Below, piece after piece: positions 26,301 to 41,300 of a stretch of DNA of 64,000 nucleotides. A program made the position numbers and the translations under genes. Origin of the DNA: Lingula anatina. Taxonomy: Eukaryota > Animalia > Brachiopoda. Under the pieces are notes generated by a model that was given only the letters and a program-made list of their open reading frames with translations, was not told the origin of the DNA and ran no database searches. The DNA is taken from assembly GCA_051362555.1 (NCBI GenBank), contig CM120646.1, positions 2,542,001-2,606,000 of the forward strand, written 5' to 3'. Position 1 is the first letter of the stretch; the number at the start of each line of letters is the position of its first letter.

Positions 26301-29300
26301 GAGAAGCGACGTGGGGTGTTTGTTTGTTTGTTTGTTTATCCATTTGTTTGTTTATTTATTTGTTTTTAATAAAGGTGTTGCGGATCCCACACCAAACGAA
26401 TACAAACAACGGGAAAATGTTCACACCTTTATTCACGCACATACACTGACATGGTGAAACTAAAAATAACAAAATAATGAAAGATATACACCAAAGTGAC
26501 AATATAAAAGTACACAAATATAATATAAACTGAATACAAATATAAAAAGAAATAATGGATTAATTATAAGAAACGAGAAATGTTGTGCATACTACAGATT
26601 TGGCTAGACAAAACGAATTATGCTTTTACATATACATTGTGCAAATGATTAACAATACATACAGAGAAATGTGGCTTTTGCCGGCTGATAGTGATCCACA
26701 GATTTTGCCGAAGTGACTATAATAAATCTTGAGACTTGGCGACCTGAGCCTTTTGCTCGTCAAATACAATCGTGGCTGCGCCCAGTAACTACTGCTGGCC
26801 GTATATATACTGAGCAAATCATTTGCATAACAAAACACAGATGACTAGTAACAATACTAATGTAATCGCAACTTGTTGTCGTAAGCGACAACACTCCACC
26901 CTGAGCATCAGAGATAACTTGCCACTAACCTCTTCACTATAGCCTATCTTCATCGTGTCAAGTTACCTCTGACGAAAATAGTTTGACCTAGTTTATATAA
27001 GCCAATCGAATCCATGTTTCAAAATTTTTCACCAAAGTTTGGTGAAAACGCTGATTGGTTGACCGTCAATCGGCAATCCTCGGCTGATTCCGCAAGCTCC
27101 ATACTAACAACATAGTTATTGTCGAGTGCGGAGACATCCGAGTAGTTCCGAGTAGTTCCGAGTACACAAAGAAAGCATGGAGTATATCGGAATTGAAACT
27201 AGAGCAGTTTGATGCCCTTCATCATTATCTACTGAGGGATGATGTATTTTGCGTGCTGCCCACAGGTTACGGCAAGTCCCTGATATTCAGCCTTATCTTT
27301 GATTGGTCCGGATTTGAACAAAGCGCGCGTTGACTCGTTCGCGTTCATTGGCTAGATCGTTCAATGAGTCATTGAGTGCGGGCTTTAAATTTGATTGGCG
27401 GGCGGCGGGGGCTATCGAATGTGGTCAGAGGTAACTTGACACGATGAAGATAGGCTATAGTGAAGAGGTTTGTGGCAAGTTATCTCTGAAGCTCAGGGTG
27501 CAACACTCCCACTAAAACAAAAAAAAAATTAAAATGGCATTTTTATTTGTACAAAGTACATTTATCTACCTCACTACATACTCAAACAAATACATATTCA
27601 CTTATATTATCTGTTACAAACCAACAAACAAAAATCAATATTACTTATTCTTATTCAAATTTACTTACAATTTATTGTTAACAATGTCTCTTAAACAATA
27701 TTGTAATAATAAAACACATATCGTAACAGTCTCCCTCTAAAAATACTAGTTTTGTGATGGGTCTACTATAGCGAGACGATTTAGTACGAACCGTCGCGCT
27801 ACGCAGTAAGCTATCTCTCCCGATCTTAACATCTACAGCTAGAGGCCATGAACCACGGGGCATAGAGGTATCAACTACAAGGACAAGGTCCCCCTCTTTA
27901 AATTTCGCTTGATCTCCCGCCATTTAGGTCTAGACTGAAGCAAAGATAAATATCCCCTAGTCCATCGCTTCCAGAACTGGGAAACAAGAAATTGACAATG
28001 TCTCCACAACCTTCTATACGCATCTGCTATTTCAAAATCACCCCAAGGAAGAGAGGGGTTGTTATGGAGTATTAACAGATGGTTAGGCCTCGAAAATGCA
28101 GTAGTATCGAAGTAGCAAAAAAGCATTAACGCAGTAGTGGTGTGGAGCATATTTGCAGTAGAAATGCAGCATAACTGCAATTCTACTCCAAAAAGTACAT
28201 AGGTTTGTACAGAGAGGAGCATTAATGCAGTAGATTAGGAGCATGATAGAAGCATGTTTCAAATATGCTAATTAGCTCCCAAATCGAAGCAGATTTGAAG
28301 CATGTTTGCAGTATGATTGCAGTAGTCTACTGCGCTGGAGTATCTACTGCGTTTTCTTGCGGGGGAGTAAGAGCGTCACAGTCATTTGAGTCAGTGCTGA
28401 CTTTTGTCATGGGTCTCCCATTTATAATGCTTTCGTACTCACATAAAATTGTCTGTAATACACAATCAGACAATGACTTGGTAGACACATTTGACAACAG
28501 TTCCGTCAGAATTTTTCTGACAGTTCTTATCATGCGTTCCGAGATCCTTCCATGATGGGATGCATGTGGGGGATTTAATTTCTACTCGACACCTCTGCGT
28601 CTTGTGTCCATGAGTATTTTACTCTTGTCTAGCTGACGCAAACTTCTCGATTAATCATTCTGCGCACCAATGAAATTCGTGGCATTGTCACTATAAAATT
28701 TTGAAGGACATCACCTTCTTGCAACAAAACGAAAAAATCCGTTGAGAAACGCGTCAGTACTCAGATTTTCCAATACTTCAATATGCAATGCCCGAGTTTT
28801 GAAACAAGTAAATATGCATCCATAACGCTTAGCATCAGAGCGCCCTACTTTGACAACTAGGGGCCCGAAAATATCGATGCCGACAATATCAAACGGAGGC
28901 CCCCCCCCCCCCCCCGCGCTACACGTCCTCGGGCAAATCCGCCATTTTCTGCCACATAGGTAATGCGTAGAGCTTTTTGCAGATTACGCAGTTTTTGACG
29001 ATTTTCTTGACCAAATTTCTTCCATCAATTATATAGTACTATGGGTCCACTCAGTTCCCATATGTGCTCCACCGTGAAAGTCGCTTATGATCGAAGAGCA
29101 AAATATGTAAGATCTGGGCAAAATGGGAGGGCTGTATACATGCTAATGATGAATGAATAAGTCTACCGCCAACAACTAAAATCCCGCCCTTCACAATAGG
29201 AGATAACTTGTAGATTGCACTCGATCGCAAAATAACGCCGGACTCACTCAAAGATTGAATTTCATGACCAATTACTTCACTTTGGACTGCTCTGAAAATG

Positions 29301-32300
29301 GAATCTTCAGCTTCTTTCAACTCGAATGCCGTTACATTCGTTTTTATGATGTCTTTTCCACGAAGATATTTTTTGAATCTTAAAAGCCAAACCACAGCTT
29401 TGCAAAGTTTGTAAAAGCTTGATTAATGATTCCATAACTATTGTAAAGGTGAAACATCTATTTCAGATACAGCTCCCTCGGGTTGTTCACCGACAATGCA
29501 CGTGTGGATTTCAAGATCATTAGAAATGTCTCGAGAGGACTTTGGGCAAGACCATTTTGATCTGAATTCCGATAAAATTGTGGGACCCTTCATCCAAATT
29601 TCAGGCATTTCATCAACATTGCTTCCTCGCGATAAAATATTGGCTGGATTTGATTTGCCGGGAATACGTCGCCTTTGTTGCACACTGGTATTTTGTCTTA
29701 TGTAAGACACCCTATTTGCCACGAACGTCTTGAAAAGCGTAGTTTCATTTGTAATATAGGCCAACGCGACTTCACTGGCACTCCAAAATGTAGTAGGCAA
29801 CAAAGATACATCCAGTTCTTTGCGGATTAACCGATCAAGGTCAACAGCGACAACACATGCAGTAAGTTCCAGTCTCGGTATAGTGACTTGCTTTAAAGGC
29901 GCTAATCTGCTTTTAGCTACCAATAACGCAATGCGGATTTTGCCATCACTACAGACTGATCGAAGGTATGCACAAGCTCCATAAGCCTTTTCACTAGCAT
30001 CACAAAACATGTGCGCCTCGGAAGCATAACTCGTTTTCGAAATAACACACCTTGGAAAATGAAGATTGTGTAAATCTTTCAAAGATTCAATCCAATGTTG
30101 CCATTCAAAACTCAAGTCACCAGACACCTTTGTGTCCCATCGTTCGCACAACCGTGTTACCTTTTGAAATATCATTTTACCGTGTATGATGATAAGAGAT
30201 ATCAATCCAAGAGGATCATACATCGAGGCAACTGTACTGAGAATGATACGCTTGGTAACAATCGCGCTTTCTTTGAGTCTGAAGATGTAATAGAAATAAT
30301 CAGGCATGACTTCCAATTTAATCCCGAGAGCTTTTGCATGAAAATCGAACGCTAGTTCTTTCACCTCTTTAGCTCTGCCATCAACAGGAATAGCTTTATT
30401 TAATTCGAAGTCATTTACTACGAATTGGGTGAGATCGAATCCGCCGCGGCTCACCGCGCGTTTTGTGCCTTCAATGACCTCACGAGCCTCTTTTCTGGTT
30501 TTCACGGATTTGAGCAAATCATCGACATAAAACAAAAGATTTCAACACGGCGTTTCTGATCAATTCTGTAACTTCATGGTCCTTTACTGTGCGTCTTAGA
30601 GCATAACAGCTTGCGCTCCCTGATCACTTTCCACCAAACAAGTGGAGGCGCATGCAACAGTGAATAAGATTTTCCCCGTCGCGCCATAAGAATCTGAGCG
30701 AATTTCTATCGCATTCGGGCACCATAACTTGATAGTACATCGCCTTGATGTCTGCCATTATCGCGTATTTATGTTGACGGAATCGCAAAAAAATACCTTA
30801 CAGCTTGTTTATGAAATCTGGGCCTTGTTTGGTCTAAGAATTTAGACTAACACCCTGACATCTGCACGCACAATCATAAACAACTCGCAATTTCTCAGGT
30901 TTTGAGGGATTCAAAACATGTCTGTGCGGAATATACCATACTGTGCCGTCGCGCAGATCAATTTCATCATCTGGGACTTTCTCAACATAACCATCGGAAA
31001 TCAAATCCAATATGTTGTCGTGATATTTTTCGTATAGCCCGTCTTTCTCCAGCTTACGTCCTAAACTATGTAAGCGGTCGAGTGCCACGTTCTTGTTATA
31101 CGAAAATTTCGGACACCCTGTTTTTCACGGAATCGGTAACACGTAGTGACAGTTCTCCTCACTAACAGTCGACTCCGACAGGGCCAAAACTTCTCTCTCT
31201 TCTCGCGAGAAAGAAACCACGCTCTCATTCTCTAGTCTCCATAAATTCTCAATATTTTCTTAAAAATTGACTGAAATGTCAGATGCCAACTTATCATTCA
31301 ACGGGCCGTTCAATGCCCAACCTAAGCGCGAACGGGACGTGTAAAGTTTCAATTTTCCGCTTTCATCGCAACGCGTCTCTTACGGCATGATCAAATGCGC
31401 GTTGTTCATCCCAATTATATCTGCGTGACCCGACCCTGTGTTACTGAAAGGAATGTCTTTCAAATACGGATACGCACCAGTGTCAACTCGTGAATTCGCT
31501 CGCACACGAATTTGTGGGATAACTAACACATTTGACAAACAATAGAGGCATTTGCGTCGACAGTCTTTGGTTCATCCGCAGCTATGGCACGCTCTATTAC
31601 CCCAAACAACCGTGTAACAGCGCCCTTCCGTGCCCTACGTGCGAGTCGCAGCTTATTAATTTCTTGATCTTTGCTGTCACTCAATTTGCAGTTTCTTACA
31701 CGGAGATGGTGTCGTCTTAGGGTAATTCAGTTGTCCACTGTCTAGATTTCTTTTTTCACTGTTGCGGATCCCAAGCCAAACGAATACAAACAACGGGAAA
31801 ATGTTCACACCTTTATTCACGAACATACACTGACATGGTGAGACTAAAAATTACAAAATTATGAAAGATATACACCAAAGTGACAATATAAAAGTACACA
31901 AATATAATAAACGGAATACAAATAAAAAAAGAAATAATGAATTAATTATAAGAAACGAGAAATGTGCATACTACAGATTTGGCTAGACAAAACGTATTAT
32001 GCTTTTACATATATGTCAAAGGCCCGGATCAAATCTAGTCCCATGCATAAAAAGCCTAGACCCCATGTTTATTACGCCCTGGCTGGGCCCATTCTTTATG
32101 GTGTCTTTGCATTGTTAACAGCATAATGGGCAAGTTAAGTGACCAAGTTAATTGACCAAGTTAATTGGCCAAGCTGCCAGTTTGTTTGGATGGCATGTGC
32201 AGGGGATGTCTTAGATCAAGGCACAAATGAAGCCCATCTTTAATTTAACATATCTTTAGTAAAGGTTACTAAATCAATCTACATGTCTTTTCTTTTCTAT

Positions 32301-35300
32301 TAAACATCTTTAAAAGTATCATCCTCTGATGTATTTTACAAATCACGAGTAATGAAATACAAGCATATCTCATTTGCCACACCTGTAAGTATCATAATAT
32401 GTACTTGACATCCCCTGCACATGCCATACAAACAAACCGGCAGCTTGGGCAATTAACCTGGTCATTTAACTTGCTCATTATGCTGTTAACAATGCAAAGA
32501 CACCATAAAGAATGGGGCCAGCCAGGGCGTAATAAACATGGGGTCTGGGCTTTTTATGCATAAGACTAGATTTGATCCGGGCCTTTGACATATACATTGT
32601 GCAAATGATTAACAATAGGGGTACATACAGAGAAATGTGGCTTTTCCAGGCTGATGGTGGTCCACAGATTTTGCCGAAGTGACTATAATAAATCTTGAGG
32701 CTTGGCGACCTGAACCTTCTGCTCGTCAAATACAATCGTAGCCGCGCCCAGAAACTACTGCTGGCCGTATATATAATGACCAAAGCATTTGCATAACAAA
32801 AAAAAGATGACTAGTAATACGAATGTAATCGCAACGTCTTGTCGTAAGCGACAACAAATGGAATGGTATTATGCGCAGATCCTTTATGAGGATACTTGAG
32901 TACAGACTTGAACTGATGAACGTTCTAGGTCTATATAGTAGATAATAGTTTGAAATTTTATAATTGCATTTTATCTTTAACTTCAGTGTTGCGGCTAGAA
33001 TACACTTGATAAAATCTTCACATCGGGAGGCGGGAAAAGAGACAAAGGGACAAAGACAAAGAACTGAGAATGAAGCACACACGCAATTTAAAAAGTCACA
33101 ACCTCGTATAAGTAAAATACAGACTCGTAAATTTAAACTCTTCTTAATTCATGAAATATGGTTGTCACATATTGTGCAGTGCGCCACCTATATGATGTGT
33201 GTATTGACCTGGGAGGTCATTGTATATCTCAGTGGAGCTGATTCTAATAAACACGTGTCCTGACAACAAGGCAGTTGTTATATGGTGTCTAGAAGCGGGA
33301 TTCTCAATGGAAACCTTGAAACCACCTGCACACGTTAATTTCTAGAGTGGAAATGTGGCTACAAACTGGCGTAAATGGGAGCAGCAGTTCAAGATGTACT
33401 ATAATGCATGCGAATTAGGAGAAAAGTCTGGCGCGACGCAAGTCGCCATCTTGCTTCACACTGCAGGCCCGGAGGCGCTAGATATTTTTAACACGTTCAC
33501 TTTTGAAGATGACTCACAGAAACAAGACGTAGACGCGGTCTTAACAAAATTTAGACAGTACAGTGAGCCCAGGCGCAATGTAGTTTTTGAGAGACACCAA
33601 TTCTGGAGCCGAAGTCAGAAAGAAGGGGAATCCGTAGACACGTGGATGACCGAGCTGAGAAGGCAAAGCGACAAATGTGAGTTTGGTGAACAAAAAGACT
33701 TGTTGATTAGAGACAAACTCGTATTTGGTGTATTGGATCCTAAAGTCAAAGAAAGATTGCTAAGGGAAACCTCTCTTACGTTAGAAAAAGCGCTTGACAT
33801 TGCACGTGCAGCAGAAGTAAGCAGAGCGCAAATGGCCGCCATGACAGTCCCGGCAAGTATACCTGAAGTCAATGCTATTAAGAGCAAACAGCGTACCGCC
33901 AAAGGCACATCTAAATGCAAGTACTGTGGAACTTCACACCTTCCGAAACGATGTCCGGCTTATGGTAAGAAGTGCAAGAAATGTTCGGGGTTAAATCATT
34001 TTGCCGTTGTTTGTCTGGGTGGAGGCTTCAGAAAGAAACCATTATCATCAAAGAAGATACACCAGCTAGACACGGAGGATGTTGGCAGTGATGAAGGTGA
34101 GAGGCTGTTCGTTGGTAGTCTCACAAACAGCAATTGTTCTACGCAGTATTCTGAGACTCTGTATATTAACAAGAAGCCAATGACATTTAAGTTGGATACT
34201 GGAGCTGATGTCAATGTGCTGCCGTGAGGTACCTATAAGCAAGTATGCCAGACACCTCTCCATGCCACTAAAACTGTTCTGACAGCATTTGGAAATGCTA
34301 CAATTAAACCAGTGGGTCAAGCACAGCTGTCAGTCTCAACCAAGCCCTCTCTTATGCCTCAGCCAGCTACCTTCTATGTGACTGAAGGAGATTATTCAGC
34401 CATTCTTGGACGTCAGTTATGTGCTTCACTAGGGCTTAAACAACGTGTACCTGTGAACATAGTCCAGTCTACAATGTACCTTTGGCACAAGACAAGCTAT
34501 TGAGTGAGTATGGTGACAATTTTACTGGACTCGGACAATATAAGAGAGGATATGATATTGTTGTTGACCCAAGTGTTTCCCCAGTGGTGCAAGCTCCTCG
34601 TAAGATACCCTTTGCTAAGCATGACAAGTTGAAGGAGGCTCTCTCTCAGCTAGAAAAGCAAGATGTCATTGCAAGTGTTGACAAACCAACTGACTGGGTG
34701 AACAATTTAGTGATTACAGAGAAACGCAATGGTAGCATTAGGCTATGACTCGATCCCAAGCCTCTCAACCAGGCCATAAAGCGTGAGAGATATGAGATAC
34801 CTACGCCAGCTGATGTTCAGAGCCGTCTAGCAGGTAAATGCCTTTTCACAGTAGTTGACATGAAGGACAGTTACTGGCACGTGAAACTATCTGAAGAATC
34901 ATCATATCTTTGCACTTTCCACACCCCATGGGGCCGAAAGAGATTTAAGCGCATGCCTTTTGGAATATCCTCTGCTAGTGAAGTGATGCAAAAGCGTAAT
35001 GAGGAAGCGTTTGGTGACATTCCAGGGGTGCACCTCATAGCAGACGACATGATCATTGCAGGTAGCAGTGAGGCAGAGCATGAAAGTATAGTTCATAAGG
35101 TCATGCAGCGAGCACGTGAACAGAATGTCAAGTTCAACAAGGATAAAATCCAATTCAAAGTGAAATCAGTTAACTACATGGGCCATATTGTATCTGAAGA
35201 AGGACTTAAACCTGATCCTGCCAAAGTCGATGCAATCATAAACATGCCCCAGCCAACAGACAGAGCTTCAATGATGCGTTTCTTGGGAATAGTGAAATAT

Positions 35301-38300
35301 CTGTCACCATATATAGCCAATGAGTCAAGCCTAACTGCTCCTCTCAGATTGCTGCTAAAAGAGGATATTGAATGGCATTGGGGACCAGAGCAGGATCATG
35401 CTATGCAGCAAGTAAAGGAAGCTCTAAGCAAGCAGCCCGTTCTGCAGTTTTATGATGTGACACAGCCAGTCACCATTCAAACAGATGCCTCTCAAGGTGG
35501 GTTGGGTTCATGCTTACTCCAACGAAACAAACTTGTTGCATATGCCTCGAGAGCTCTTACTTCAGCAGAACAAATAATTCTCAAATAGAAAAGGAGCTTC
35601 TAGCTATTTGTTTTGCCTGTGAAAAATTCCACCAGTATGTGTATGGCAAAGAAGTGGAGATTCACCGCCCATTGGAAATTATTCTAAAGAAGCCTATCGT
35701 TAAGGCATCTCCAAGACTGCAACGTATGATGTTACAGCTACAGAGATACAACATTTCTGTCCGATATATATGAGGAAAGTTCATGCATGAAGCTGATACG
35801 CTTTCTAGAGCGTATATTCAGGATCGGTCCTAGTGTGGTGCTCCAGAGGATATTGAAGTTATGGTACACAGACTAGTTACCAGTCTCCCTGCTTCTCCGC
35901 ACAAGCTGGAGGAGATTAAGGCTTCGTTCACATGGAATGTCTATTTTCTAAAAATCTATTTTCTATTCGCGCTATCTTATCATCAGCAGTGGCTGCTTTA
36001 GGCTTCATTCACATGCAATGTCTATTTTCTAAATTCTATTTTCTATTCGCGGTATGTCTTATGATCACTGTCTGTGCCCTGAATATCCCGCGGCGTAATT
36101 ACTGCTCGCGCTGCCAGTAATTACGCCGCGGGATATTCAGGGCACAGACAGTGATCATAAGATAGCGCGAATAGAAAATAGATTTTTAGAAAATAGACAT
36201 TGCATGTGAATGAAGCCTAAAGCAGCCACTGCTGATGATAACACGTTATTAAGACTTCAGTCAGTTATAAAACGCGGTTGGCCTGACAGGAAGTCTCAGC
36301 TGCCAGTGAATGTCCAGCCTTACTGGGACGTAAGGGATGAGTTACATATAGCAGAAGGCCTCGTTCTTCTGGGAGAGCGCATCGTAATTCCTGCCAAGTT
36401 ACGATCAGACATGTTGTCTCTAATTCATGAAAGCCACTTGGGTGCTGGCAAATGCAAAGCAAGGGCGAGATCTTCACTATACTGGCCAGGAATGTCAGCG
36501 GACATAGAATTGATAGTTGCACAGTGCTCAGTGTGCAGTAAATTTCGTCCAAGCAATGTAAAGGAGCCCTTGATTCCGCACGCGATACCACACAGGCCAT
36601 GGGAGAAAGTGGGAGCAGACATTATGACTTTGAAGGGTAAAGACTACCTGGTTGTGGTAGATTATTATTCCAAATACCCAGAGATTTCTTACTTAGAGGA
36701 CAAAACGGCGAAGACCGTGATACTACACTTAAAGTCTATATTTGCTAGACATGGAATTCCTGAGACGATTGTCTCTGGAAATATGCCATTTGGGAGTTAT
36801 GACTTTAAAAACTTCGCAAGAGAATGGGGAATAAACCAGGATACCTCGAGTCCTCAGTATCCTCAGTCAAATGGACAGAGCGAGAGAACAGTTCAGACTA
36901 TTAAGAAAATCCTAAAGAAAGCCATGAGTGATGGAAGAGATCCATACATGGCCTTGCTGGAGTATCGTAATCCTCCAATCTCAGGAATGGATTTTTCCCC
37001 AGCCCAGATGTTAATGAGCAGAGCTTTACGTTCTAAGATTCCAACAGCTACCAAGCTACTTGAACCGCAAGAAGTATTCCCAAAGCAGCTGCTACATAGA
37101 CAACAGCAGAGGTACAAGGGAGTATATGACAGAAAAGCAAAGAAGTTGCCCGAGTTAACTCCAGGAGAATCAGTTGATCCAGCCACTTCTAAACACCGTC
37201 ATAATGTGACGTTGACTCAATGTTGTATTTTGGTCATTGACACAACCTTGCAGACATGGATTGTAATTTAAAATATTAATTATTGAAAACGTGATACTTT
37301 GTTTATCAATACTGTAACTACCTTTATCAAAATAATAAAAAAAAGTGTTTTAAAGTAAATGTGACAGTTGTTTTGTGTCTTTAGTGAACTAGTAAATTTT
37401 CTTAACTTGTTATTCAGAAATACATTCCAATAAACTGAATTCCTTGCAAGGTCAGCTAACACTAGGATGAATAAGTTGCTGTAAATGTGATGGAGTGAAG
37501 TAAATAAAGTTAACAGTTCTTGTTAACCTGTTATAGATAGACAGTTTGAGGTGACTGTGACTTTGTTATATATATATATATATATATAAGAAATAACTAT
37601 GTTATTAATCTAAACCTTAGAAATATTAACTTAAAAACCATATCCTACAAATATTTAGCCAGTAAACATGTCCTACTGCTAAACACATCCAAAACATGCT
37701 TAGGAGCTAAATGCGTTGAAAATATCAGACAAAGCAGGCACTTGGATGTTTTTTACAGTGTACGTTATAATTGTGTACCTGTGTTTTGTACCAAAAATAA
37801 AAAACATTTCAGGTCAATTTAATGTCTTTTCGTGCAAGAATCTTGTCTAGCAACTGATGTTGATACAATGCTGTTATCTGACGTTGAGTCAACTTTCAAA
37901 TCCAATGTGTATCCAACGTATTATCAACGTTATGGTTCAACGTTGTTTCAAAACAACATAATTTGCTCGCTTGGAAGATGCAGTATAGCAATCTTTAACA
38001 AAGTTACATTAAGTTTCAAAGATACAAGTTTAAGTAAAATTATCTAGTTCTAACAATTAATTTCACATATTTCATTAAGATATTAAGATGCTAGCATGCT
38101 TAAGACAGGGGGTGTGTTGCGGCTAGAATACACGTCATAATCTCTTCACATCGGGAAGCGGGAAAAGAGAAAAAGGGGCAAAGACAAAGAACTGAAAGTT
38201 AAGCACACACGCAATTTTAAAAGTCACATTGTCGTGTAAGTAAAGTACAGACTCGTAAATTTAAACTCTTCTTAATTCATGAAATATGGTTATTCAATAG

Positions 38301-41300
38301 AACTCAATATATTTATTTCTATTTTTTTCTTTCAGACGTGTTAATGTTTAATAAAGGACATATATGGAAACAAAGTCATTGTGTTTTTAAGCAAGCACAT
38401 TCAGGATTTCCTTGTTGTCATCACTTTTTGATATATTTTAATTCATGTTTTACTTTTAAGAGATCCATTAATATATAATTTCTGAGACATTTTGTACATA
38501 CATTTTCATAAATATATATATTGAAATAACATTATTAATGTTTAGCACTTTGTATGCATTTGATCACATGTCGATTAATAGGTACAGTGCCAGTATGTGT
38601 CAAAATTATCCTGGAAAAAGGAAGACTTTCTAGGTTAAGACAATTCAAGAAACTGTCACATTCTTTGGCACTGTCAGAACCTGCGATTATGGGACCTTAG
38701 CGCTGGGGGGTCTATACTTTTCTGTATTATTAGTATATTCTTGGACGTCCATGATACATTGTTTAGATAGTATTGTTAAAGCAGTGCATACACACCAAGC
38801 ATATTTCCATTCACATACTGACCCTATCCAGTATATTGGGATCCATCCTCTGCTGGAGGAGAAGCTCACACTGTGTGGCACCTCGCTCTGCAGTCACGTG
38901 TAGTGGTGTACGTCCCAACTGCAGGTTTTATATATATGGAACTTTTTTAGCAAAATTTTAAAACAATAGTCAAGTTTAAGTAAAATTCACAGTTTACTGT
39001 TATGTCCGTAATTACCATTATAGGAAGGTCGTTATATGCATTTTTTGTGATAAAATAACCCTGTGAATGTGTTTTTAACTTTGAAATAATGTTTTAATGG
39101 CACTGTTAAACAGTGCACACACACACACATTAAGCATATGTCAATTCACATACTTACCCTATCCGGTACATTGGGATCAGCCCCTTCCTGGAGAAGAAGC
39201 TGGACACACTGTGTGGCATCTCGCTTTGCAGCCAAGTGTAGAGGTGTACGTCCAGACTGTGAGTTTTAAAAATATGCAACTTTTTTGTAAAATTAAAAAA
39301 AATTATGTTTTAGATAATTTCACAAAGTGTGCTGTTATATCTGTAATCATATGTTATGAATAGGGCGTGCAATGCATTTTTTGTTTTTTTAACATTGATG
39401 TAATGTTTTAATTGTACAGTTAAACAGTGCTCACACCCCAAATATATGTCCGTTTACATACTTACCTCATCCTGTATATTGTGATCCGCATTGTGCTGCA
39501 GGAGAAGTTGAACACAGTGTGTGGCACCTTGCTCGGCAGCCAAGTGTAGAGGTGAATGTTCAAACTGTGGATTTGAAAAATGTGATAATTTTGATGCATA
39601 ATTAGTTATTAGTTCCAAATTTTTTTGCTTCAATCAATAACTTAATATTGAGGTACTTAACCTGGAATATTTTGATGTCTAACAGAACATCTTCATCAGG
39701 GAATGAGACTTTCCAGGTGTATAGCCTCTATCCAGGGGATATACAGGTACATGTACTTGCCCCCCCCCCCCACCTCCACACACACACACTACTTTTGCAT
39801 TATGAAAGGGAGGTACAGGTGAGGGATGATGGCACCATCATTTCTGTTGAAACTAGCCCCTATTTTCTTGATGTGGATGGCTTCCAGGACTTTGTTGTGG
39901 TGTGCTTTTGGTTCACTGTCAATCGCCTTGATTTTTTCAATCACTTGACCATGTGATATTTTGTTGGGGTACCCGGTGTCATGTATATACAGGGTCCCCC
40001 GGACCCTGCATTTAACCGGATCCTACGTTTCATGACAGCTATCACGAAACACAGAGTCCGCCCGTCATACAGAAGAACTGGGTCTAAAAGCTATGGTCCT
40101 ACTGTAGAACAGTAGATATTTAGTAAAAGCGCTTTATATTGACAATCTGGGTATAATAGAATTATAATAAAGCAAACCCTTGATGCAAGTAAATATAATA
40201 TAACAAAACGGCGGTGGTTTGCACAACGACCTGGTGGTGTAGTGGACACTGGTGAGGACTCTACTATGGTATTCAATGACAGGGAAGTATGTAGTAATTT
40301 AACAATATGTTGGTTCGAGTCCCACACTGGAGTTGACTTTATGACGCCTCTATTTTCAATCTTGTTTTTTTTTTATTTATAGTTAAATATTCAAATTATG
40401 TTTTATACTCACTTTTTATTACATTTCATACCTTTTTTTAATTGGACTTACTTAAAATATATTTCACACATATCCCATTGCATTGTGATGCTTAAGACTA
40501 CATATACACGTGACTTATTTGAATACCACTCGTACATGTGTGTAAGCAAGTGGTACACAATGAATCGATGGTAAACTGTGCAAAACGTTTCTTTTCTCTA
40601 GACTATACGCGTAACTTAGGCTACAATGACTACCACTCATAAATGTGTGACAGCTAGCGTTATACAGCGCATCAATGCCAAATTGTGCAAAATATGTATT
40701 TTCTGGAAACTGACGACATTAATTAGTTATTAAATATACATGCTTATGTAGTGTAATTGAAAATGTACTCATTTAATTTTGTTTACCAATTTATATAAAG
40801 TTTTAATTTAAGTTGCATACCCTAAATTAAAATGGAATCAACCCAAAAGGAATGTATTCCATGTTTCTCAATAACATTAGAAATCTTAATTAAAGTTTTT
40901 TCCATTGTGTATTATATGGACAACAATAAAGCAAGATTGTATCAACAAGAAAGGATTTGATATCTACATGTACTTAAAAATATATTTATAATGTGAAACC
41001 ATGGATTATATTTTTCTCATTTTAGACGAAGCACTGGCACAGATGTTTTATCAAGTTTGCATGATGATGGAAAGGCGGGTGACAACGGACAATGAGGAGA
41101 AAAAACAATTACTATACTGATTAATAAATTAAACTTTTTTGTAAAATCAGGAAGTTCACCAAAGGCACTTATGTATTCTGAATAAATTTATATTTCTTGA
41201 GTGATGTTCTTTCTCAATTGCATACAAAAGATAATCCTGCAAATTAAAGTTTATGAAATGCGAACAATGCACATTTATACTATGCGTTACACTTTAACAG

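Larger units (their letters stand above)
26376..32856 (-). mobile_element. Degenerate BEL/Pao LTR retrotransposon with gag deleted
   Basis: LTRs 26376-26893 and 31760-32856; TSD aaagg/aatgg; pol fragments KLRVVYDC, FYVDDLL, FCDASEKAYG, TIPRLEL, WPLA in broken ORFs 27678-31088. Confidence 0.93.
32987..38291 (+). mobile_element. Degenerate Ty3/Gypsy LTR retrotransposon
   Basis: 5' LTR 32987-33282, PBS-like tggtgtctagaagcggga, gag from ATG 33307 (early stop), FKLDTGAD, IADDMII, QTDASQ, integrase 36210-37170, PPT, truncated 3' LTR 38115-38291; many stops and frameshifts. Confidence 0.93.

Noticed and set aside
40230-40330. tRNA-like A-box and B-box
   Set aside because: Spacing is too long and no cloverleaf could be built; at most a SINE remnant inside a TE
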